From the NCBI GenBank assembly GCA_035652435.1, contig DASRDU010000081.1, positions 10,511 through 74,510 on the forward strand: a stretch of 64,000 nucleotides of DNA, in the 5' to 3' direction. The notes below the pieces were generated by a model. It was not told where the DNA came from and searched no databases. It saw nothing but the letters and a program-made list of their open reading frames with translations. This document shows positions 51,324 to 58,625 of this stretch, in pieces; positions within the stretch are counted from its first letter, which is position 1; every line of letters starts with the position of its first letter. A program made the position numbers and the translations under genes. This DNA comes from Blastocatellia bacterium (GTDB taxonomy: Bacteria; Acidobacteriota; Blastocatellia; RBC074).

Positions 51324-51339
51324 GTAAGTAGTCACTTAC
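51324..51339. promoter_or_regulatory. Palindromic operator candidate O2: GTAAGT-N4-ACTTAC
   Basis: Read directly. Lies 51 bp from O1 and is followed by a G8 homopolymer tract (51344-51351). Confidence 0.5.
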
Positions 51340-51606
51340 CAGAGGGGGGGGCGCGGGCCCGTTTCCTGATGCGGAGCGAGGGGCCGACCGGCTTCACTTT
51401 ACAGTGACTTAAGGCGTGGTTGCCGGCGCCCGATCCGGCAAAAAAATTGTTGCCTCTGCGGATTCGTCCGGCATAAAATCCGGCCCGTTGATGCCCGAGT
51501 CCGTCGAGTCTGAAACAGCCAGTAGTCGCTCTTCAGCCGGTTCACACAAGCCATCTTCCATTCCGGATCAGTCCCGCACTTGTGATCCGGAGAAAGGTCA
51601 GAACAA

Positions 51607-53586
51607 ATGAAAGTCTCCCGCACCCCAGCCCCACTGCTGATCTCCCTGTTTATCGCCTTCGTGGCCGCCGTGCCGGCGCTCGCCGGTGATGACTGGAAGC
51701 CGATTGACCCGGCCCACCTGGCGATGAAAGCGCCGGTGGTCGAGAAGGACGCCGACGCCGAAGCCATCTTCTGGGAAGTGAGAATCTCCGTCGAGGACGC
51801 GGGGAGCGAATACCGCACGACGTTTTTCCATTACGTCCGGATCAAGGTCTTCACCGAGCGCGGCAAAGAGAAGCAGAGTACGATTGAACTGCCTTATCTG
51901 GACAAGTGGAGGATCAGCGACGTCGTCGGGCGGACGATCAAACCGGACGGCTCGATCGTCGAGCTGAAGAAGGATCAGGTCTTTGACCGCACGGCCATCA
52001 AATTCGGCGGGCGCAAGGTCAAGGTCAAATCCTTCGCCATGCCGGGCGTGGAGCCCGGCGCCATTATCGAATACAGGTGGCGCGAGGCCCGGCCCACGTC
52101 TTATTACACGGAATTGCAGTTCCAGCGCGAGGTCCCGGTGCAGAGCGTCAAATATTACATCAAGACGCTGAGCATTCCCAATCTGGGCCTGAAGGCGATG
52201 CCTTTTCACTGTCAGCCTTCGCCGCTCTACAAGGAGAAGGACGGGTATCAGAGTACCGGCATGGTGAACGTCCCGGCCTTCCGCGAAGAGCCGCGGATGC
52301 CGCCCGAGGATGAAGTGCGCATGTGGATGCTGCTCTATTATTCGAAGGCCGAGAAATACGAGCCGGAAAAGTTCTGGAGGGAGTACGGCAAAAAGCAGTA
52401 TGACGAATACAAGTCGGCGATGAAGGTCAACGATGACGTGCGCAAGGCCGCGGCTGAGGCGGTCGGTGACGCGACCACGCCGGAGCAGAAGCTGGAAAGA
52501 ATCCTCTTCTACTGCCGCACGAAGATCAAAAATATTCAGAGCGACGCGTCGGGCCTGACCGAAGCCGACATCAAAAAGATGAAGGAGAACCGGTCGCCCT
52601 CCGACACGCTCAAGCGCGGCTACGGCGACCTGAAGAACATTGACATGCTCTTTGCCGCGATGGCCGCCGCCAGCGGGCTGGAAGCGCGACCGGTGCGACT
52701 GGGTGATCGCGGCTCTTCGTTTTTTGACCGGAGTTTCCCGGACGAATACTTCATGCGGTACTCGGTGATCGCCGTGAAGGTCGGCAGCGACTGGAAGTTC
52801 TTCGACCCGTCGAGTACCTACACGCCTTACGGCATGCTGCGCTGGGGGCAGGAAGGCATCCCGGCGCTGGTCACGGATTCAAAGGAGCCGGCTTTTGTGG
52901 ACACGCCGCTCTCGCCGCCGGAGAGGTCGGTCGAAAAGACGATCGGTAAATTCAAGCTCAGTGAGGATGGCACGCTCGAAGGCGATGCGCAGATCGAGCT
53001 GACCGGGCACCTCGGCGAGCGCGCCAAGGATGACAACGACGACGACTCGCCGCAGAAGCGCGAAGAGACTTTGCGCAATATCATCAAAAAACGGATGAGT
53101 ACGGCGGAAGTCTCCAACATCCGCATCGAGAATGTCACCGACCCGATCAAGCCGTTCATTTACGCTTTTCACGTCAAGGTCCCGGGTTATGCCACGCGCA
53201 CGGGCAAACGCCTGTTCGTCCAGCCCGCGTTCTTCCAGTTCGGCGAAGGGCCGCTCTTCCCGACGACCGAGCGCAAACACGCGGTCTATTTCGAATACGC
53301 GTGGCTCGAAGACAGCGTCGTCAACATCGAAATGCCCGAAGGCTTCGCGCTCGACAACGCCGAGGCGCCGGAATCCTTCAACGCCAACGACATCGTCAAA
53401 TGCGAAGTCAAACTGGGGATCGGGACGGACAAGAAGTCGCTGGTTTACACCCGCCGTCTGAAGGTGAATGGCATGCTCTTCCCGGTCACCAGCTATCCGA
53501 CGCTCAAGCAGGTCTTCGATTTCCTGCACAAGCAGGATAATCACGCCGTCACGCTCAAACTCACCGCTGCGGCTTCTTCAAACTGA
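51607..53586 (+). CDS. DUF3857/DUF3858 protein with a degenerate transglutaminase-like core (659 aa)
   Basis: Signal peptide. Collinear with the next gene, but its core reads YGDLKN (Leu at the Cys position) and FMRYSVIAVKV (no His at the position aligning with His of FNHCIIAIKV). FFDPSS is retained. Confidence 0.8.
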   Translation: MKVSRTPAPLLISLFIAFVAAVPALAGDDWKPIDPAHLAMKAPVVEKDADAEAIFWEVRISVEDAGSEYRTTFFHYVRIKVFTERGKEKQSTIELPYLDKWRISDVVGRTIKPDGSIVELKKDQVFDRTAIKFGGRKVKVKSFAMPGVEPGAIIEYRWREARPTSYYTELQFQREVPVQSVKYYIKTLSIPNLGLKAMPFHCQPSPLYKEKDGYQSTGMVNVPAFREEPRMPPEDEVRMWMLLYYSKAEKYEPEKFWREYGKKQYDEYKSAMKVNDDVRKAAAEAVGDATTPEQKLERILFYCRTKIKNIQSDASGLTEADIKKMKENRSPSDTLKRGYGDLKNIDMLFAAMAAASGLEARPVRLGDRGSSFFDRSFPDEYFMRYSVIAVKVGSDWKFFDPSSTYTPYGMLRWGQEGIPALVTDSKEPAFVDTPLSPPERSVEKTIGKFKLSEDGTLEGDAQIELTGHLGERAKDDNDDDSPQKREETLRNIIKKRMSTAEVSNIRIENVTDPIKPFIYAFHVKVPGYATRTGKRLFVQPAFFQFGEGPLFPTTERKHAVYFEYAWLEDSVVNIEMPEGFALDNAEAPESFNANDIVKCEVKLGIGTDKKSLVYTRRLKVNGMLFPVTSYPTLKQVFDFLHKQDNHAVTLKLTAAASSN

Positions 53587-53612
53587 AAAGTTCAGAACCC
53601 AGGGAGGGACTC

Positions 53613-55592
53613 ATGCTGCGAAAGATAATTTCTCATACTCCGGCTCTGATACTGCTGGTTCTGATCTGCCTTGTTACGGCCCGGGCCGGTGACGACGTGC
53701 CGGCCTGGTTGCGTCAGGCCGCGGCGAACAACCCCACCGTCACTGACAAGGATGCCAAAGCCGTCGTCCTGCACGATGAAACCAGAGTCACGGTCGGGGA
53801 CGACGGGCGCGTGATGACGGTGACGACTCAGGCCGTGCGGATCCTCTCGCGCGAAGGGCGCGGGGAGGCGGTGGCGGCGACGGTTTACAACACCGAAACC
53901 GAAAAGGTGAAGGAGATGCAGGCCTGGATGATCCGCCCGTCAGGCCAGGTCATCAAATACGGCAAGGACAGGATGGTGGATGCCATCGCCAGCGACGATG
54001 ACATTTACGATGAGGCGCGGCGCCGCGTGATTTCGGGCAGGGACGACGCGGAGCCGGGCTCGGTCTTCGGCTTTGAGATCGTCCAGGAGACTAAGGAAGT
54101 CTTCTCGCAGTTCGACTGGGCTTTCGGCGGCGATCAGCCGGTCGTGGCCTCGCGCATCAGCGTGACCGTCCCCGCGGGCTGGCGTGCCGAAGGGACAGTC
54201 TTCAACCACTCGAAGATCGAGCCGGCCGTCAGCGGTTCGACTTACACCTGGGAGGCGCGCGACCTCGAAGCCATCAGGCATGAACCGGCCAGCCCGAGCG
54301 GCGCGAATCTGGTAGCGCGCATCTCCGTCAGAGTCTTCCCGCCCGCGGGCAGGAGCGCGGGGATGCTGCGGACCTTCGAGACCTGGCCGGACGTCTCACG
54401 CTTCATCAGCGAACTCTCCGACCCGCAGGTTCAACTTGATGACGCGCTGGCCGGCAAAGCCCGTGAGCTGATCGCGGAGGCGAAGACGGAGTTCGAAAAA
54501 ATCCAGGCCATCGGCCGTTACGCGCAAAACATCAAGTATGTCTCGATCCAGATCGGGGTCGGGCGCGGCGGCGGCATTCGCCCTCACTCGTCGCTCGAGG
54601 TCTTCAGGAAGTCTTACGGCGACTGCAAGGACAAAGCCAACCTGATGCGCGCCATGCTCAGGGCCGTCGGGATTACGGCGTATCCGGTCGGCATTTATTC
54701 CGGCGATCCGACCTACGTGCGCGCCGAACTGCCTTCGCCCAATCAGTTCAACCACTGCATCATTGCCATCAAAGTCAGCGACGCCGTGCAGGTGCCGACG
54801 ATCATCACGCACCCGAAGCTGGGGCGGCTGATGATCTTCGACCCGACGGATGTCTACACCCCGGTCGGCGATCTGCCCTGGTACCTGCAGGGAAGCCAGG
54901 CGCTGGTCGTGGCCGGTGCCGATGGCGACCTGTTGAAGATGCCGGTCACCCCGCCCGAAGCGAATCGGCTGGAACGCCAGTCCGAAGTCACGCTGACGCC
55001 TGAAGGCTCGATCACCGCCGTTGTTCATGAGCGCGCCGCCGGCCAGTCTGCTGCCGCCTTCCGGCACGAGTTCCGCCGCAAGTCGCAGCCCGATTACATG
55101 AAGATGATCGAACGCTGGGTGACGAGCGGCGCGACCGGCGCGAAGGTGATCAAGGTCGAACCGAGTGACAATAACGTGGAGGGAAAATTCGGACTCGATG
55201 TGGAATTCACTGTGCCGAACTATGCGCAATCCATGCGCGGGAAACTGCTCGTTTTCAAACCGGCGGTCGTCTTCCGCCGCGAGCAGGTGGTATTGATCGA
55301 GCCGAAGCGCAAATACCCGGTCGTGCTGAAATCGGAAGCCTACTCCGAGACGGTGCGGGTGAAATTGCCGGAGGGCTTCGAGGTGGATGAAATCCCCGAC
55401 GCGACCAGGCTGGACGCGCCGTTCGGCAAATACAGCGCGAGCTGGGAAGTGAAGGAGGGATACCTGATCTTCACCCGCTCCTGCGTGATTCAGGCGACGA
55501 CGATTCCGGCGGAGCAGTACCTGCTGGTGCGCGTCTTCTTCGACCGCATGCGCGGGGCTGAACTCGCCCCCGTGGTGCTGGCGAAGAAATAA
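53613..55592 (+). CDS. DUF3857 / transglutaminase-like cysteine protease-fold / DUF3858 protein (659 aa)
   Basis: Signal peptide. Catalytic-triad-like YGDCKDKANL (Cys codon at 54624-26), FNHCIIAIKV and MIFDPTD. Confidence 0.82.
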   Translation: MLRKIISHTPALILLVLICLVTARAGDDVPAWLRQAAANNPTVTDKDAKAVVLHDETRVTVGDDGRVMTVTTQAVRILSREGRGEAVAATVYNTETEKVKEMQAWMIRPSGQVIKYGKDRMVDAIASDDDIYDEARRRVISGRDDAEPGSVFGFEIVQETKEVFSQFDWAFGGDQPVVASRISVTVPAGWRAEGTVFNHSKIEPAVSGSTYTWEARDLEAIRHEPASPSGANLVARISVRVFPPAGRSAGMLRTFETWPDVSRFISELSDPQVQLDDALAGKARELIAEAKTEFEKIQAIGRYAQNIKYVSIQIGVGRGGGIRPHSSLEVFRKSYGDCKDKANLMRAMLRAVGITAYPVGIYSGDPTYVRAELPSPNQFNHCIIAIKVSDAVQVPTIITHPKLGRLMIFDPTDVYTPVGDLPWYLQGSQALVVAGADGDLLKMPVTPPEANRLERQSEVTLTPEGSITAVVHERAAGQSAAAFRHEFRRKSQPDYMKMIERWVTSGATGAKVIKVEPSDNNVEGKFGLDVEFTVPNYAQSMRGKLLVFKPAVVFRREQVVLIEPKRKYPVVLKSEAYSETVRVKLPEGFEVDEIPDATRLDAPFGKYSASWEVKEGYLIFTRSCVIQATTIPAEQYLLVRVFFDRMRGAELAPVVLAKK

Positions 55593-55616
55593 AACCCGGA
55601 AAGACTGATCGGGAGT

Positions 55617-55669
55617 CGAAAGCGCGGCCGGGAGAACCGAGGAACTCTCCCGGCCGCGCTTTCGCTTTT
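55617..55669 (+). terminator. Rho-independent terminator (19-bp perfect stem, 10-nt loop, T4 tail) between convergent genes
   Basis: CGAAAGCGCGGCCGGGAGA-ACCGAGGAAC-TCTCCCGGCCGCGCTTTCG followed by CTTTTA, read directly. Confidence 0.75.
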
Positions 55670-56615
55670 ATGGCCGGCCGGCGGACAGCTTGAAGACGGT
55701 GACTTCCGGCCTCGCGCAGAATCTGACCCGCGGGGCGTCGCCGCCTTCCATGCCGATCCCTCTGTTCACATAGAGCCAGGTCTCCCCCACGCGATGCAAC
55801 CTTGATTCGTACTTCTTGCCGAAGCGCGAAAACGTGACGAGCGCCCCGTAAAAGGGCAGCGCCACCTGACCGCCATGCGTGTGCCCGGCGCAGTAGAGGT
55901 CAATTTTCCGCCGCGCGATCGCTTCGATCTCGTCGGGGTAGTGGTAGAGGAAAACAGAAAAGGCGCCGGCCGGGATGGCTTCGAGCGTTTCCGCGTTCTG
56001 GAATTCCCCACCCGCGGGCGCCCCCGTAATCCAGAGGCTCATCCCTGCCACGTCAACTTTCACGGCCTCGCCCTTCAGTTCGCGCGCGCCGGTCCCGCCG
56101 AACAGATCCATTTCAGACCAGAAATTCACGTCCCAGTTGCCCCTGACCGCGAAAGTCGGCGCAAGGCCCGCGAGCCGCGTCAGGCACCGCTTCAGGACGG
56201 GCAGGCCCGCGGGCGAGTTGATCGAATCGCCGGTGAAAACGATCAGGTCGGGTCGTTCGGCGGCAATCAGGTCAGGGAGTTTCTCTTCGAGCCGCACCTT
56301 CGGGTCGCAGTGCAGGTCGGAGATGTGAACGAGCCTGATCGGGCGCGACGCGCCCGCGAGCTTGGGGCTCACGAGGCCGACCCTGCTGACCTCGGGCCAG
56401 TAAGGTTCGACGAAGTACCCGTAAGCGAAGCACAGCGCGCCGGCCACCGCGACGCCGAATGCCAGGGCGCTCGTCAGCCACTCGCGGCGGCTGATCGGCT
56501 CCCGGCGCAGGAAGCGCCGGATGAGCAGTCTGACCACGACCCACGCCGCGACCGTGTAAACGATGGCGATGGCCAGGAGAAACAGGAGGACACGGATCAG
56601 TTCGGCAGTCTGCAT
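55668..56615 (-). CDS. Membrane-anchored calcineurin-like metallophosphoesterase
   Basis: Two N-terminal TM helices. Motifs VHISDLH, FTGDSIN, RGNWD, GHTHGG. Confidence 0.88.
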   Translation of the reverse strand: MQTAELIRVLLFLLAIAIVYTVAAWVVVRLLIRRFLRREPISRREWLTSALAFGVAVAGALCFAYGYFVEPYWPEVSRVGLVSPKLAGASRPIRLVHISDLHCDPKVRLEEKLPDLIAAERPDLIVFTGDSINSPAGLPVLKRCLTRLAGLAPTFAVRGNWDVNFWSEMDLFGGTGARELKGEAVKVDVAGMSLWITGAPAGGEFQNAETLEAIPAGAFSVFLYHYPDEIEAIARRKIDLYCAGHTHGGQVALPFYGALVTFSRFGKKYESRLHRVGETWLYVNRGIGMEGGDAPRVRFCARPEVTVFKLSAGRP

Positions 56616-56844
56616 ACGGCCCGAGTCTTCATATCCGGGGCGCGAAAGTCAATTCTGGTTTCACCGATTTTTTCAACCCGGTCACCGCGATCCGGTTGCA
56701 GATGAGCCGACGATCCACATACAATCCGCGCCTGCATTATTCGTGGCGCGCGTCTGCGCGATCGCGCCACAACCCCATCAAACCAACACTGGCGTGGACA
56801 GGCGTGATTTACCGGATCGCGACTTGTTCTCCCGGGAGATGTAT

Positions 56845-57660
56845 ATGCATGGATTCGGTCTGAAGGTTTGCTGCGCGCTGGCCGGCATGCTCGTGCTGGC
56901 GGGTTCAGTCTCAGCGGGCAGTCGCGAAACCGGCTTCCTGAACCGCGCCGTGACTGTCGGGAAGGAAACTTATCGCTATCAGGTCTACGTCCCGGCGGAC
57001 TGGGACAGGAAACAGAAGTGGCCGGTGATCCTCTTCCTGCACGGCGCGGGCGAGCGCGGCGATGACGGCCTGCAGCAGACCGACATCGGCATCGGCACGG
57101 CGATTCGCAAATACCAGAATCGCTTCCCGGCCGTCATCGTCATGCCGCAGTGCCGCAAGGATGTCTGGTGGCTCGACCCGAAGATGGAGGAGATGGCGAT
57201 GAGAACGCTCGAGCTGAGCGTGAAGGAATTCAACGGCGACCCGCAGCGGCTCTACCTGACCGGGCTTTCGATGGGCGGTTATGGCACCTGGGCCGTCGCC
57301 CGCAACCATCCCGGAAAATTCGCCGCGTACGCTGTGATCTGCGGCGGGGTGAGGATCCCCGACCGGCTGCGCAGTTCGGCGAGCGGCGCGGCATTGCCCG
57401 ACGAAGGGATTGACCTGTACGCGCTGACCGCGCAGAAGGTCGGCCGCACGCCGGTCTGGATTTTCCACGGCGACGCCGACCCGGTCGTGCCGGTCGAAGG
57501 CTCGCGGAAGATGAATGAGGCGCTAAAGGCCGTGGGCGGCGACGTGAGATACACCGAATACCCAGGCGTCAAACATGACTCGTGGGTGAAGGCCTATGCC
57601 GAGCCCGAGCTGATGAAGTGGCTGCTCGCGCAGAAGCTCGATGCCGCGAAAAAGAGGTAG
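56845..57660 (+). CDS. Secreted alpha/beta-hydrolase esterase (phospholipase/carboxylesterase or PHB-depolymerase-like)
   Basis: Signal peptide MHGFGLKVCCALAGMLVLAGSVSAG. Nucleophile elbow GLSMGG, plus WPVILFLHGAGERG and HGDADPVVP. The ATG at 56845 lies 7 nt after GGGAG. The track ORF extension back to 56563 overlaps the divergent gene. Confidence 0.82.
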   Translation: MHGFGLKVCCALAGMLVLAGSVSAGSRETGFLNRAVTVGKETYRYQVYVPADWDRKQKWPVILFLHGAGERGDDGLQQTDIGIGTAIRKYQNRFPAVIVMPQCRKDVWWLDPKMEEMAMRTLELSVKEFNGDPQRLYLTGLSMGGYGTWAVARNHPGKFAAYAVICGGVRIPDRLRSSASGAALPDEGIDLYALTAQKVGRTPVWIFHGDADPVVPVEGSRKMNEALKAVGGDVRYTEYPGVKHDSWVKAYAEPELMKWLLAQKLDAAKKR

Positions 57661-57663
57661 CCG

Positions 57664-58200
57664 ATGACGCCAATGACCAGCAAAGTGATTCCGACGATCC
57701 GCCGCGCCACGGTGGCCGACGCGGCGATGCTCACTCGACTCGGCGAGCGGACGTTCCTTGGCGCCTTCACGGGCATCTGCTCGCCGGAAGACATGCAGCT
57801 TTATCTGGACTCGGCCTTCACCGTCGCGCAACTGGCGCGCGAACTCGCCGACCCGCGCGCCGTCTTTCTCGTCGCCGAAATTGAGAGTGAGCCGGCGGGC
57901 TATGCGAAGCTGATGGCGGGCAGCGCGCCGGAGTGTGTGACGGGCGCCGACCCGATTGAACTGGAGCGGTTGTACGCGGACCAGAAATGGCTCGGCCACG
58001 GCGTCGGCCCGGCTCTGATGCAGGCGTGTCTGGACTGCGCCAGTCAGGCCGGGCATCGCTCGATGTTCCTGGGCGTCTGGGAAAACAACTTCCGCGCGCA
58101 GGCTTTCTACCGCAAGTGGGGATTCGCGAAGGTCGGCGACCACATTTTTATGATGGGCGCCGACGCGCAGACGGACTGGTGGATGGAGCGGACACTATGA
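57664..58200 (+). CDS. GNAT-family N-acetyltransferase
   Basis: IRRATVADAAML..., LYADQKWLGHGVGPALM (the Q/R-x-x-G-x-G/A acetyl-CoA motif) and AQAFYRKWGF. Confidence 0.88.
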   Translation: MTPMTSKVIPTIRRATVADAAMLTRLGERTFLGAFTGICSPEDMQLYLDSAFTVAQLARELADPRAVFLVAEIESEPAGYAKLMAGSAPECVTGADPIELERLYADQKWLGHGVGPALMQACLDCASQAGHRSMFLGVWENNFRAQAFYRKWGFAKVGDHIFMMGADAQTDWWMERTL

Positions 58201-58625
58201 ACAATTCTCTCTGGCCCCTCCTGCTGACCATCGGCGGCGGAGTGATCTATCACCTCTCGTCAAAATCCGTCCCGAAGACGCTCGACCCGCTGCTCGCGAT
58301 CATCGCCGCTTACCTGACGGCCCTCGTCGCCTGCCTCTCGGCACTGCTCCTTTTCCCGGTCAGGGATTCCGTCGCGGATTCGGTGAGAGGGATCAACTGG
58401 GCCGTGCCGGGCATCGGCATCGGCGCGGCGGCGATTGAGTTCGGCTTCCTGCTCTCTTACCGCGCGGGCTGGCAGCTCAACGTGACTTCGATCATCGTCA
58501 CCGTCGCGGTCGCCGTGGTGCTGATCCCGGTCGGCTTCGCTTTTCTCAAAGAGCGATTGTCAGGGTGGAATGTGCTGGGGATTGTTTTCTGCCTGGTGGG
58601 ACTGGTGTTGATTTCAAGAAGGTAA
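58197..58625 (+). CDS. Small DMT/EamA-like membrane protein (~142 aa)
   Basis: Starts at the ATG within an ATGA overlap with the GNAT stop. Four hydrophobic segments (LWPLLLTIGGGVIYHL, LLAIIAAYLTALVACL, ..., VLGIVFCLVGLVLI). Confidence 0.7.
   Translation: MNNSLWPLLLTIGGGVIYHLSSKSVPKTLDPLLAIIAAYLTALVACLSALLLFPVRDSVADSVRGINWAVPGIGIGAAAIEFGFLLSYRAGWQLNVTSIIVTVAVAVVLIPVGFAFLKERLSGWNVLGIVFCLVGLVLISRR

Noticed and set aside
51421-51449. Hairpin TTGCCGG-N8-CCGGCAA followed by A7, a possible terminator.
   Set aside because: The plus-strand transcript would have an A-run rather than a U-run after the stem. On the minus strand the U-run precedes the stem. It therefore does not fit an intrinsic terminator in either direction.
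56563-56844. N-terminal 94-aa extension of the esterase ORF given in the track.
   Set aside because: The extension overlaps the divergently transcribed metallophosphoesterase start and has no signal peptide. The internal ATG at 56845 follows a GGGAG RBS and yields a canonical signal peptide.
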